DNA of 64,000 bases from Terriglobia bacterium (GTDB lineage Bacteria; Acidobacteriota; Terriglobia; Acidiferrales; UBA7541), in contig OY968796.1 of assembly GCA_963695545.1 (NCBI GenBank), positions 2,624,001 through 2,688,000 of the forward strand. The letters run 5' to 3'. Shown one piece after another: positions 1-10,740 of the stretch. The notes beneath the pieces were generated by a model. The model was not told the origin of the DNA and did no database searches. It worked only from the letters and a program-made list of their open reading frames with translations. A program made the translations under genes and the position numbers. Numbering within the stretch: the first letter of the stretch is position 1; each line of letters begins with the position of its first letter.

Positions 1-868
1 CGGTGCGCACTTCGGGCGAGCCCACGCGCTGGATCTCTCGATTCTGAATCACGCGCAGAAGCTTGGCCTGCATCGCGAGCGAAGTTTCGCCGACTTCATC
101 GAGGAACACGGTGCCGCCGTTGGCGTACTCGAACAGCCCGGCGCGCGTCTCCGTGGCGCCGGTGAACGCGCCGCGCACGTGACCGAAGAGCTGGCTTTCG
201 AGGAGCGTGTCCACGATCGCCGAACAATTGCACACGGCGAAGCGTTGCTGCGCCACGGGACTCATGTGATGGAGCGCGTGCGCCACCAGTTCCTTGCCCG
301 TGCCGGTCGCTCCGGAGATCAGAACGTTCGAATAGTGCCGCGCCACTTTCCGCGCCACCTCGAACACCTCGACCATCGCCGGGCTTCGGCCGACGATTCC
401 GTGAAATTCCAGGTCGGCCAGTAGCTGTTGCTCGAGTTCGCGGATGCGCTTTCTGCGGCGGAAAGAATCGGCGATTTCGTCGAGCGTGCGTTTAAGGCGC
501 GTCTTGTCGATGGGCTTCGGAAGATAGTCGTACGCACCGTTCTTGATGGCTTCGATCGCGGAATCGAGCGAGTAGAAGCCGGTCATCAGAATCACGTAGA
601 CGCCCGGGTCGCGCTCCAGCGCGAGCCTCAGAAACGTCAGCCCGTCCATCGCCGGCATTTTCAAATCCGAGATCACCACGCGGCAACGGCCCTCCGCGAT
701 CAGGCCGAGCACCTGTTGTGGATCGTTTGTGCCCACCGCTTCGAAGCCCCACTGCGCCGTCATGGCTTCGAGAATTTCGACGACAGCGGGATCGTCGTCC
801 AAAATGGCGATCGGGAAACCATCGCGGACCGCTGTCGGCGGAATTGCCTTCGCTGTGACCGTGCCCAT
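1..868 (-). CDS. Sigma54-dependent two-component response regulator (NtrC/AtoC family), 3' end outside window
   Basis: Hand translation (not in ORF track): MGTVTAKA...AILDDD...[13 protein letters not shown] receiver domain, then GATGTGKE Walker [13 protein letters not shown] and FLDEVGE Walker B. Confidence 0.93.
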   Translation of the reverse strand, partial: MGTVTAKAIPPTAVRDGFPIAILDDDPAVVEILEAMTAQWGFEAVGTNDPQQVLGLIAEGRCRVVISDLKMPAMDGLTFLRLALERDPGVYVILMTGFYSLDSAIEAIKNGAYDYLPKPIDKTRLKRTLDEIADSFRRRKRIRELEQQLLADLEFHGIVGRSPAMVEVFEVARKVARHYSNVLISGATGTGKELVAHALHHMSPVAQQRFAVCNCSAIVDTLLESQLFGHVRGAFTGATETRAGLFEYANGGTVFLDEVGETSLAMQAKLLRVIQNREIQRVGSPEVRT

Positions 869-882
869 GGCACATTAACCGG

Positions 883-897
883 GCAATGCCGATGCCA
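883..897 (-). promoter_or_regulatory. Sigma54 (-24/-12) promoter
   Basis: Minus strand TGGCATCGGCATTGC (GG-N10-GC) just upstream of the ATG at 868. Confidence 0.7.
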
Positions 898-1192
898 CAC
901 CGACAAGAGAAATGCTGCGGCCACGAAGAAAAACGAATGGGTTCGCCTGCCGCTGCTTGATACCCTTCCCAAGGGATAGCTACAGCATGGCTTACGCGCT
1001 TTGAGCGCCGTGATTTTGTGGCACACCCGGTGAGGCGAATCGGGAAGGGAGCTGAGTGGCAGCGCGGGATTTCGCTGCGTTCTCCCGATTTGGGAGGGAA
1101 CGCCTTCGAGAAGTTCTAAATGCGGACTCCGGCGGGCCAGCAGGACTCTGTCGATGATATCGCGCGCGGCGTGAGCAACCACGGAGCGCCGT

Positions 1193-1471
1193 TCAATTCG
1201 ACGACGGCTCCCGCTTTTTCGCATCGTCGAGCGCCGCGATGAACTCCAGCTCGAAGAGATGCATCTGCACCCATTCGCCAGTTTCGGCGCGCATCTCGCA
1301 GTAGGTGTCGCCGCGAGCCAGCATTTCGTTCGAAGACTCGAATGAGGCCTCGAGCGACCCATCGAATGAAGCATCAAGTGAAATGATGCGTTGCGCCGCG
1401 CCGGCCTCGCGGATTTCACCGTCGGTGGCGCAGCGGTCCGTGGCCGCGTGCTCAGGCAGATTGCTTTTCAT
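1193..1471 (-). CDS. Small acidic hypothetical protein
   Basis: ORF from MKSNLPEH, overlapping the end of the upstream gene; no recognisable motif. Confidence 0.35.
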   Translation of the reverse strand: MKSNLPEHAATDRCATDGEIREAGAAQRIISLDASFDGSLEASFESSNEMLARGDTYCEMRAETGEWVQMHLFELEFIAALDDAKKREPSSN

Positions 1472-1817
1472 GGCGTGTGAACTCCACAAAGGAATCCAGC
1501 GAACGATTACTTGGCGCGTTTGTCGAACCGGTTCGCCGGTAAGGCACAAGTCGCACCTTGAATTTTTTCCAATCGCAAGTTTCGTTTTCCACCGCCAGCT
1601 CAGCCTGATAGGCCATCAAGAGCGGCCCGCTCAATCCCAAATGCGAGATCGGCCGCACGGAGAGCAACGAGCCATCGCGCACCGCCGAGCGCAAACTGAC
1701 GAACTTATCCCCGTCTCCATTCCAGAAAAGTTCGGTGCGTTCCACGAAGAATTGCGCGTCGACGTCCCAGCCGGATACCTCAACGGAATACTTAGCCATG
1801 GTAGCCTCGGATGGCAT
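1452..1817 (-). CDS. Hypothetical protein
   Basis: AGGAG RBS before ATG 1817; globular-looking sequence (VEVSGWD...FFVERTEL); preceded by a sigma54-like promoter. Confidence 0.65.
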   Translation of the reverse strand: MPSEATMAKYSVEVSGWDVDAQFFVERTELFWNGDGDKFVSLRSAVRDGSLLSVRPISHLGLSGPLLMAYQAELAVENETCDWKKFKVRLVPYRRTGSTNAPSNRSLDSFVEFTRHEKQSA

Positions 1818-1844
1818 CGCAGCGATCTCCTCTCTGGAGTAAGA

Positions 1845-1859
1845 GCAGGCGCGCTGCCA
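1845..1859 (-). promoter_or_regulatory. Sigma54 (-24/-12) promoter candidate
   Basis: Minus strand TGGCAGCGCGCCTGC (GG-N10-GC), about 28 bp upstream of ATG 1817. Confidence 0.55.
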
Positions 1860-2124
1860 AAATGGCGTCACCCAAGCTATTGACCGCAAGGCGCTTGTTC
1901 CGTCGCGCCGCCGCCGCTATGTGCCGCGCGCGCCTCAATGCCACACAGGTGTTTGCATCTGAAACACCCGCGCGGCCATGGCCAAGCGCGCCGCTCGGAT
2001 CAATTGCTGCTAAGATCGCGCGCGCGAAGCGAGATGCTGCCCGAATCAGCCGCCCGTTAGGGTTGAAAGGTCTGGAACGCGGTCCGCTTTTGCAACGCAA
2101 CCATTTCTTGCGGAGAGACCGGCG

Positions 2125-3252
2125 ATGAGACGACGGGATTTTCTGAAGAGTGCGGGCGCCCTCGCGGCCGTGGGCGCGGCGGGATCGCCCCTTCGAGCAT
2201 TGGCGCGCGCGGCCGACACCGCCGCGGCGCCGCCCGTTGGGCGCGCGATGTCAGCCGGCTCGCAATTTGATCGCGTTCCCTCCGATGACGATCTGCGCTG
2301 GCTCGCCGCGCTTGGCGTGCGCCACGTTTGCAGCGGTCCGCCGGCCGCGCACTTCGACGGAAGCTGGAGCGCCGCAAGCCTCGATGAAATCAAGTCGCGC
2401 GCCGCGTCTGCGGGCATCGCGCTCGATATGATCGCGCTGCCCATGGCCTCCAGCTACATCGCAAACGCGGATAATCCGAACATCATGCTGGGCAAAAGTC
2501 CCGAGCGCGACCGCGAAATCGACGGCATCTGCGAAATCATCCGCAACGTCGCGAGCGCTGGAATTCCCGCCGTGAAGTACAACCTCACGATCCTCGGCGT
2601 GGTGCGCACCGGCGCCACTCCGGCCCGCGGCAGCGCGCGCTACAGCACCTTCGTCTATGCCAATGCCAAGCAGGATCCGCCGCTCACCGAAGCCGGCGAA
2701 GTGAGCGCCGATGAAATGTGGGAGCGCATCACTTATTTTCTTGAGCGCGTCGTTCCCGTGGCCACGCAAAATAAAGTGCGCCTCGCGTGCCACCCTCACG
2801 ATCCCGCCATGCCCGCGGACACCGGCTTCCGCGGCGTTCATCGCGTGCTCGGCAGCGTCGCCGGTCTCAAGCGCTTCATCGAAATCGAGGCCAGCCCGTA
2901 TCACGGACTCAATTTTTGCCAGGGCACGGTGAGCGAAATGCTCGACGATCCGGGAAGGGAAGTGTTCGACGTGATTCGCTACTTCGGCGCGCGCCGCAAA
3001 ATCTTCAACGTGCATTTCCGCAATATCAAAGGCCGCTTCCTCGATTTCCAGGAAACTTTTCCCGATGACGGCAGCGTGAACATGGTCGAGGCGCTCAAGA
3101 CCTACCGCGAAGTCGGTTACGACGGCATGATCATGCCCGATCACGCGCCCCAGATCGATGGCGATGCGGATCATCGCCAGGCTTTCGCATTCGAGTTCGG
3201 TTACATTCAGGCGCTGCTTCAGGCCTTCCCGCCCGCCGTCGCGAAAACCTGA
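2125..3252 (+). CDS. Mannonate dehydratase (UxuA)-like protein with Tat signal
   Basis: RRRDFLK Tat motif; [28 protein letters not shown] and MPDH motifs of the UxuA family. Confidence 0.85.
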   Translation: MRRRDFLKSAGALAAVGAAGSPLRALARAADTAAAPPVGRAMSAGSQFDRVPSDDDLRWLAALGVRHVCSGPPAAHFDGSWSAASLDEIKSRAASAGIALDMIALPMASSYIANADNPNIMLGKSPERDREIDGICEIIRNVASAGIPAVKYNLTILGVVRTGATPARGSARYSTFVYANAKQDPPLTEAGEVSADEMWERITYFLERVVPVATQNKVRLACHPHDPAMPADTGFRGVHRVLGSVAGLKRFIEIEASPYHGLNFCQGTVSEMLDDPGREVFDVIRYFGARRKIFNVHFRNIKGRFLDFQETFPDDGSVNMVEALKTYREVGYDGMIMPDHAPQIDGDADHRQAFAFEFGYIQALLQAFPPAVAKT

Positions 3253-3291
3253 GCCTCGAATTCGTAGCGTCTGATCGCCAGGCGATCCGCG

Positions 3292-3990
3292 CTACTTCGT
3301 GATCTCCAGCGCCACTTGCGTGTAGTAGTGTCCCGCCGCGCCCAGCACGCGATACGTGCGATCGAACGCGTAAGAATAATCGCGAAAGGCCTTCCACTCG
3401 TGCAACGGGTTCGCGAACTCGTCAAAAATCAGGATCGATCCCGCCGTAAGAATCGGGTCCACGGTCGAAAGCATAAAAAGCGTTGACGAATAAAGATCCG
3501 AATCGTTGTGAATCACCAGGCGCGCGCGCGGCTCGAAATCCCGCAGGAATGGCCGCAGCGTTTCGCTGAACCACCCGGCGATGAAGCGCACGCGCGGATC
3601 GCGCGTCGCCGGCGCCGACCCCTGCGTTGAGAACGCTCCTTCAGGCCCGTATCCCGTGATGCCCGCCGGCGCCGCGGGCAATCCCTCGAACGAATCGAAA
3701 CCAATAAAGCGGCTGTCGGGGTGCGAATTGATCGCGGCCCACTTCAAGATCGATTCGCCGCGATACACGCCAAACTCCAAATAGTCGATCGGTTCGTTGC
3801 GCAGGATTTTCGCGGCAATCTCCTCGTAAAGCTCGAACCTGTGCGGAAAATATGGAAATGGCCGGTTGGCCTTGATCCACTGGTGCAATTCCGCGTTCGC
3901 GCCCAGCGCCCGCAGGAATTCTCCGTGCTTCCCCACAACGGAAGCAGCCACGCGTTTCCTGAATCGATTCCCACTCAATGAGCCCGCCAT
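3292..3990 (-). CDS. TylF/MycF-like class I SAM-dependent O-methyltransferase
   Basis: YLEFGVYRG, GFDSFEGLP, GWFSETL, HNDSDLYSST and FDE motifs; alternative start at 4026. Confidence 0.8.
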   Translation of the reverse strand: MAGSLSGNRFRKRVAASVVGKHGEFLRALGANAELHQWIKANRPFPYFPHRFELYEEIAAKILRNEPIDYLEFGVYRGESILKWAAINSHPDSRFIGFDSFEGLPAAPAGITGYGPEGAFSTQGSAPATRDPRVRFIAGWFSETLRPFLRDFEPRARLVIHNDSDLYSSTLFMLSTVDPILTAGSILIFDEFANPLHEWKAFRDYSYAFDRTYRVLGAAGHYYTQVALEITK

Positions 3991-4126
3991 CGCGTCCGCC
4001 TCGTCCTTATAGACCGCTCCGTACACTCCATAGAGCGCGGAGTATACTCCTCGTCTACATATCCATTATATATGTATCCCAGTGGAAGATTTCGTTGCCC
4101 AGCGGATTTCGGAGACGCTCGAGGTT

Positions 4127-4201
4127 TGGCTCCGGGGCCTGGACTCGAACCAGGATAACCAGCTCCAAAGGCTGGCGTGCTACCGATTGCACTACCCCGG
4201 A
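4127..4201 (-). tRNA. tRNA-Gln(TTG)
   Basis: Reverse complement TCCGGGGTAGTGCAATCGGTAGCACGCCAGCCTTTGGAGCTGG...GGTTCGAGTCC...CCCCGGAGCCA: cloverleaf, anticodon TTG, encoded CCA. Confidence 0.96.
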
Positions 4202-4317
4202 GCAGCCCGAAAAGTGTAGCAGACGCGCCGACGCCTGCGCCATGCATCCGCCAGCGGCCTCCCGCCCCAGCTTCTTCTCCCGCGCCGATTCTGCTACCCT
4301 CATTCGAGCGCACTCGT

Positions 4318-4407
<90 letters not shown>

Positions 4408-4511
4408 CATCCTCTAACTCTAAATAGCGGATCGGCCCGCTATCTCATGTCCGCCGGCGCCGTTGGTCGGCGCAAACCCACTTTGTTCGTTGCAGCCGCG
4501 AGGCTTCAGGC

Positions 4512-5144
4512 ATGACTAGATTGCTGATCGCTGGTGCAACCGGCCTCGTCGGAAAGCTTGTCTTGGAGCAGGCGCTTGCGGACCAGCGGGTAAGTCGAGT
4601 GATCGCCCTGACCCGCCGCCCCATCGCATCGAGCGATAAGCTCCAGAACGTCGTGATCGACTTCTCCGACATGCCCGGCCAAGCCGCGTGGTGGTCCGTT
4701 GACGGCGTTGTCAGCGCGCTCGGCACGACGCGCGCCGCGGCCGGCTCGCCTTCCGCCTATCGGGCCGTCGATTACGACTACCCGCTTGCTGTCGCGCGTC
4801 ATGCGCGTGACCATGGCGCGACGCACTTTGCGCTGACCTCGTCGCTCGGAGCAAATCCTCGCTCGCGCTTCGTCTACACACGCACCAAGGGTGAATTGGA
4901 GCTTGAACTGAAGAAGCTCGGCTTCCCGTCCCTCACGATCGTTCGCCCAAGCGTGCTCGACGGGAATCGAGAGCACCAGCGCCTCGGCGAACGCATGGCC
5001 AACATCATCTTCAGAATCCTGGCTCCCGTACTCCCGCGCCGCCTGCGCACAAGTCCCGCAAGCGCCGTCGCAGCCTCTCTAATTGCCGGCGCCATCGACG
5101 CCCCGCCCGGCCTTCATGTCAAGCACAACGAAGAGATGACCTAA
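4512..5144 (+). CDS. NAD(P)-binding atypical SDR / epimerase-like oxidoreductase (YraR/TIP30-like)
   Basis: IAGATGLVG Rossmann motif; ALGTT, VDYDY, YTRTKGELE and IVRPS. Confidence 0.85.
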   Translation: MTRLLIAGATGLVGKLVLEQALADQRVSRVIALTRRPIASSDKLQNVVIDFSDMPGQAAWWSVDGVVSALGTTRAAAGSPSAYRAVDYDYPLAVARHARDHGATHFALTSSLGANPRSRFVYTRTKGELELELKKLGFPSLTIVRPSVLDGNREHQRLGERMANIIFRILAPVLPRRLRTSPASAVAASLIAGAIDAPPGLHVKHNEEMT

Positions 5145-5238
5145 GCGGCCGAGCTCGCCGAGCGCCCTAAACGCTTTGCAGGCCCGGAGCCTGCCTCCGC
5201 CCGCTTTCCTCCCACGCCTTTGCTTTCGCCCGTAACGT

Positions 5239-5447
5239 TGTCACCGTGCCGTGCCTCAAGACATTCGAGGCACATGAGCGTGAGCGAAGAAGGCTTCGCG
5301 CCGTCGTCAAGGCACGAGGTATTCTTCGCTCGCGTTCGGGTGACACGAAAGGCGGGGCGCTCGCCCACGCACTTGTACACCGGCGTGGCGGGTGGCGCTG
5401 CCTTTGACCTGAGGGTGGCCCATTCTTTGCGGAACGCAAAGGGTGGG
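5239..5447. repeat. Cluster of REP-like palindromic / stem-loop elements
   Basis: TGTCACC..GGTGACA closing stem (5239-5345) enclosing GTGCCTC/GAGGCAC and GAGCGTGAGCGAAGAA/TTCTTCGCTCGCGTTC; separate hairpin CCCATTCTTTGCG-gaa-CGCAAAGGGTGGG within 5413-5447. Confidence 0.55.
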
Positions 5448-5509
5448 GCCGTTCATCTCCCAGATTCGCTCCGTTCGTCATGCGCCATTCGAAATAATTT
5501 CCACAGTCT

Positions 5510-5970
5510 TTCGAATAGAATACCCTATCAATTACGTTGACACGTAGATTACCACCGTGCTATCATGCGGCGTGATCTGCAAACGCACATCCGCGCCTGT
5601 CACTCCGAGCGCCGGCACACGCGGCCGGTTCACCCGCCCCCTCTCGCCGCTCGACACGCGCCACTCACCGCTGCTCCACGCGCTCAAAAATACCGCCTCC
5701 AACCGGACCATTCCGCGCGACCTCGAGCATCGGATCAGCGATGCGAATCTTGAGCGAGCCGCGCGTTGGGCGAGTCGCAGGATCTCTCTGCATAGACCCC
5801 ACTTGTTTGCAAGAAACTGCACCTCCAAGCCCTGTATTTCCAATGTCTTGCAAATGAGTGCGCATCTTATTGAACACAAACGTTTTCAAGTGCCTTTATA
5901 TTCACACTCATCCGCACTCTTTCCCTGCAAGCCCTGTGTTTTCAAAATTTTAACAAAATACACCGGGGGT
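5510..5970 (+). repeat. Dispersed promoter-bearing element, copy A (homologous to 38136-38465); contains possible leaderless ORF 5572-6039
   Basis: Collinear blocks shared with copy B: TTCGAATA, TTGACACG-N5-TACCAC-N-GTGCTAT-N19-ACGCACATCC, GTGCGCATCTTATTGAAnACAAA (22/23), terminal CCGGGGGT. Confidence 0.7.
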
Positions 5971-6209
5971 ATATATGCACTTCCCCCACGGCGCCAGGAC
6001 GCTCGACGGAAAACAAAACACTTAACTCGCACAGGCTAAACGCCCGGCCACGGTGCAAGATCGCCGTTTTTTCTAGCGGCAAGCAGGGCGGTGTTCCGGT
6101 TGAATCAACGCTCGCGCAGGACTCTTGCAGTTCAGATACCTGCAGGTCGGCTTCGAGCCGTTGTTGCGTCGATCACGAGCGACAACTGCTTGTCCGGCGC
6201 ACAAAATAC

Positions 6210-6238
6210 TTGACACGCTAAAGTAATCGCTTTATGAA
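6210..6238 (+). promoter_or_regulatory. Sigma70-like promoter with overlapping LacI-type operator candidate
   Basis: TTGACA-17bp-TATGAA; GTAATCGCTTTA overlapping the spacer resembles the LacI-family AAnCGnTT core. Confidence 0.45.
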
Positions 6239-6288
6239 AGTCGGCGCAGGTAGAGAGGTTTCACATAGAAAACGAAAAGGGGCAGCCA

Positions 6289-7986
6289 ATGAAATTGACC
6301 AGACGCCAAGCACTGAAGCTACTCGGCTCCGCGGCACCGGCACTTGCACTTCGATCCAGCCTCGCGCGTGCGCAGGCGACCAACAACCTGAGCATTACCC
6401 CGGGCCCCTTCTCCGGTACTCGAGATTCGCTGGCCGCCTATCAAATTCCCGCGTGGTACAAGGACGCGAAGTTCGGCATTTGGGCTCACTGGGGGCCCCA
6501 ATCAGGAATTGAAGATGGCGATTGGTACGCGCGCAACATGTACGTTCAGGGAAGCGACCAATATGAATACGGCGCGGAGACTTTCGGGCACCCGTCGAAG
6601 GTGGGCTATAAAGATCTCATTCCAACTTTCAAGGCCGCGAAGTGGGATCCGGAACACCTGATGGACCTCTACGTCAAGGCCGGAGCCAAATACTTCGTCA
6701 GCATGGGCGTGCATCACGATAATTTCGATATGTGGGACTCGAAGTATCACGAGCGCTGGAATGCCGTGGCCACCGGACCGCATAAAGACATCGTGGGAAT
6801 GTGGGCCAAGGCGGCTCGAGCCCGAGGATTGCGTTTCGGAGTCAGCGAGCACCTGTCAAACAGCTTTGACTGGTTCGCTCCGGCACACGGCAGCGACGCG
6901 ACCGGTGATTTCGCGGGCGTACCCTACGACGGATCCGATCCAGCTTTCGCCGATTTGTACCACAGCTACGCGGATATGCCCGCCGACTTCGCGAAAACGG
7001 CCATGGCCATGGGACGCATCGCGCCCGATTCGTGGAAGCAAGAATATTTCAACCGCATTAAGGACCTGACCGATCAGCACCACCCCGACTTGCTTTACAC
7101 CGATGGCGGCATTCCATTTGAAGAGTATGGCCTCGCCCTCGTGGCGAACGTTTACAACCTGAGCGCCCAGATGCACGGTGGCAACGTCGAGGCCGTGTAC
7201 AACAGCAAGACGATCACCGACTGCACCACCGGAGTCTGCGCGCTCGATCGTGAACGAGGCGTTTCCGACGACATCTGGCCGACGACGTGGCAGACGGATA
7301 CTTGCATCGGGAATTGGCATTACAAACGGGGAGTCCACTACAAGACCGGAAAAAAAGTCGTCGACCTGCTCGTGGACATCGTCAGTAAAAACGGCAACTT
7401 GCTTTTGAATTTCCCGCTTCCCAACAGCGGCGAGCTGGACGTGGAAGAAATGCAGACGCTCAACGACCTTACCAAATGGATGACCGTGAACAGCGAAGGC
7501 ATCTATTCGAGCCGGCCGTGGAAAATCTTCGGCGAAGGCCCGGGTACGAAAATAGCGCCCCCGCCTCCAGGTGGCCCGGGAGGCGGCGGTGGCGGCGGTG
7601 GTTTCGGCGGTGCAGGCGGCGCTCGGCCGGCCGGGCAAGGCGTGCCGCCGGGCGGAGGCGGGCCAGGAATGGCAAGCGGAACCAACCGCGGACGCTTCAA
7701 CGAAAATCAGGTGCCCGAATTGACGTCCGCGGACGTGCGTTTCACAACGAAAGGAAGTCTGCTTTACGCCTTCGTGCAAGGCTGGCCGGACAATAATGCC
7801 GCCGTGGTTCAATCTTTGGGAACAACCAGTCCACAGATGCCCGGAAAAATCACCAATGTTCGGATGCTGGGCTACGACGGAAACTTGCAATTCACACAAG
7901 ACGAGAAAGGGTTGACCGTGACGCTGCCCGGCTCCAAACCCGCTTCGGCCGATATCGGCGTAACGTTGAAAATTACCGGCGCATAG
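6289..7986 (+). CDS. Alpha-L-fucosidase (GH29), Tat-exported
   Basis: TRRQALK Tat motif; WYKDAKFGIWAHWG, HHDNFDMWDS, DLLYTDG and DIVSKNGNLLLN. Confidence 0.92.
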   Translation: MKLTRRQALKLLGSAAPALALRSSLARAQATNNLSITPGPFSGTRDSLAAYQIPAWYKDAKFGIWAHWGPQSGIEDGDWYARNMYVQGSDQYEYGAETFGHPSKVGYKDLIPTFKAAKWDPEHLMDLYVKAGAKYFVSMGVHHDNFDMWDSKYHERWNAVATGPHKDIVGMWAKAARARGLRFGVSEHLSNSFDWFAPAHGSDATGDFAGVPYDGSDPAFADLYHSYADMPADFAKTAMAMGRIAPDSWKQEYFNRIKDLTDQHHPDLLYTDGGIPFEEYGLALVANVYNLSAQMHGGNVEAVYNSKTITDCTTGVCALDRERGVSDDIWPTTWQTDTCIGNWHYKRGVHYKTGKKVVDLLVDIVSKNGNLLLNFPLPNSGELDVEEMQTLNDLTKWMTVNSEGIYSSRPWKIFGEGPGTKIAPPPPGGPGGGGGGGGFGGAGGARPAGQGVPPGGGGPGMASGTNRGRFNENQVPELTSADVRFTTKGSLLYAFVQGWPDNNAAVVQSLGTTSPQMPGKITNVRMLGYDGNLQFTQDEKGLTVTLPGSKPASADIGVTLKITGA

Positions 7987-8119
7987 CGGCCGGGAGCAAT
8001 GTCGCATTGATTGTTCCCGCAATCCTCGCGATCTCAATGCCGGCTTTCGGGAAATAATTCGCCTCTGCGCCGCGAAGCGGTGCAACAGATGTTGCACCGC
8101 TTCGAGGCGGACGCTCGGC

Positions 8120-9535
8120 CTAGCCGTTATAGCCCACGCCGTCGCGCGGTTTTTCCTTGCGCACCATCATGGTGTCCTGCACCGGCTCGCCGTCGCATTC
8201 GATCTCGATGGTCGTGGCGGGATTGTCCGGCGCTTCTTCGGGAAGCCCCGTTAGTTTCAGTTGCCACTTGTCCTGCGTAAACGCCACCGATTCTCCGCTC
8301 ACGTGCAACTTCGCGGATTTCACTCCGACCGTCAGTCCGGAGATGGCCACGTAGTCGCCCGGCCAGTTGTACACGTGCATGTAGAGCGTGTTGCCTTTGC
8401 GCGTGAACGCGGCGTAAGCCGAGCGCCGCACCTGGCACTGATCGGTGTTGATCACCGTGTCGCGATTGCGGCCCAGCCATTGCCCCACCTGCTGGAGCAC
8501 GGCCACCGAGTCCTCGGGAACCACGCCGTCGGCTCGCGGTCCGATGTTCAGCAAGTAATTGCCGGTGTCGCGCGCGCACGTGATCAGGTTGCGGACCACG
8601 GTCTTCGGCGATTTCCAATTGTCGTCGGCGCGCTGGTAACCCCAACTGTCGTTGAGCGTCATGCAGCTTTCCCACGCGCGCCCGCCGCTCTCGGCGCGGA
8701 TAATCTGTTCGGGCGTCGAGAAATCGGCCGCCAGACCATTGCGATTGTTGACGATGATGTCCGGCTGAAGGCCGTAGACCATCTCGTTCATCTTCACGGA
8801 TTGCCAGCCGTCAACATCCAGCGGCCAGTTGACGTCGTACCAAAGCACGTCAATCTTTCCGTAATTGGTCATCAGCTCGCGGATCAGCCCGTGCGTGTAG
8901 GTCACGAAGCGATCGCGCGCCGCCGGATCGGTCAAACAGTTGGCGCCGTCCGGATGGTGCCAATCCATCAGCGAATAGTAAAAGCCCACGCGCATTCCTT
9001 CGGCGCGCGCCGCGGCCACATACTCGGCGACTAAATCGCGGCCCGGGCCCTGCTGCATGGCGTTGTAGTTCGTGAGCTTGGTATCGAAATTGCAAAAGCC
9101 TTCGTGGTGTTTGGTGGTCATCACCATGTATTTCATGCCTGTGTCGCGCGCCACGCGCGCCCATTGGCGCGCCGCGTTGGGCCGCGGCTTGAATGTTTTC
9201 GCCAGCGCCTCGTACTGCTCGATAGGAGGCGCCTCAAACTCAAAATCCCACTCGTGCCGCGCCACCTGGCTGTACAAGCCCCAATGGATGAACATTCCGA
9301 ATTGCGCTTCGTGCCACCACTTCATTCGCTCTTCGCGGTTCAGGTCCTGTGGCGTGGGCGGCCCCGCTGCTGCGGTGGCCTGCGCCGGTGTAGTGGTCTC
9401 TCCGGCCCGGCCCTGCGGCGGACCGCCGTATTGCTGCGCTGCGGCGCTCAGCGCCGGCAACGAAACAGCACCGGCCGCTACGCCCGATGCTGTGCGAATC
9501 ATCCAATCGCGACGCGTCATCTTTTTCGATTTCAT
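8120..9535 (-). CDS. Alpha-L-fucosidase (GH29), Tat-exported
   Basis: AAGGAG RBS before ATG 9535; TRRDWM; FGMFIHWG, TTKHHEGF, FYYSLMDWHH, VLWYD, WESCMT and GNYLLNIGP. Confidence 0.93.
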   Translation of the reverse strand: MKSKKMTRRDWMIRTASGVAAGAVSLPALSAAAQQYGGPPQGRAGETTTPAQATAAAGPPTPQDLNREERMKWWHEAQFGMFIHWGLYSQVARHEWDFEFEAPPIEQYEALAKTFKPRPNAARQWARVARDTGMKYMVMTTKHHEGFCNFDTKLTNYNAMQQGPGRDLVAEYVAAARAEGMRVGFYYSLMDWHHPDGANCLTDPAARDRFVTYTHGLIRELMTNYGKIDVLWYDVNWPLDVDGWQSVKMNEMVYGLQPDIIVNNRNGLAADFSTPEQIIRAESGGRAWESCMTLNDSWGYQRADDNWKSPKTVVRNLITCARDTGNYLLNIGPRADGVVPEDSVAVLQQVGQWLGRNRDTVINTDQCQVRRSAYAAFTRKGNTLYMHVYNWPGDYVAISGLTVGVKSAKLHVSGESVAFTQDKWQLKLTGLPEEAPDNPATTIEIECDGEPVQDTMMVRKEKPRDGVGYNG

Positions 9536-9667
9536 GGCAGTTTTCGCTCCTTGTGGGTGAGTTTCGCGTTCTCCAGATTTTGTGAAGGCCCGGTGGCAAC
9601 GAATGCGCGCCCGAACAAAAACGCTCTGCGCCAAGATCGGAGATTTCCCCGACGTCGAGACCTCTTT

Positions 9668-10510
<843 letters not shown>

Positions 10511-10740
10511 TCAAATTAATGCGTTGCTGAATCCACGGCTCGCTGCGGGCCGCCAGAACTGCGAACCACACTGGAGGCTTCTATCAAGAATTCTCTAAAG
10601 ATTCAATCTAAAGAATTGTCGTTTCAAACCTCAAAATGGGCAAATTCCGGGCCCTTCGCGAAATTTCAGAGCAATGGCCCGCGCAACGATTCAACGGCAA
10701 TCGTGCACGGTCCGTGCGTTGGGGAGCGCATGGCCCGCGA

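Noticed and set aside
1330..1380. Short 24-bp-period repeat (TCGAATGA.GC.TC)
   Set aside because: Only two degenerate units, explained by a peptide repeat (LDASFDGS/LEASFESS) in a doubtful ORF.
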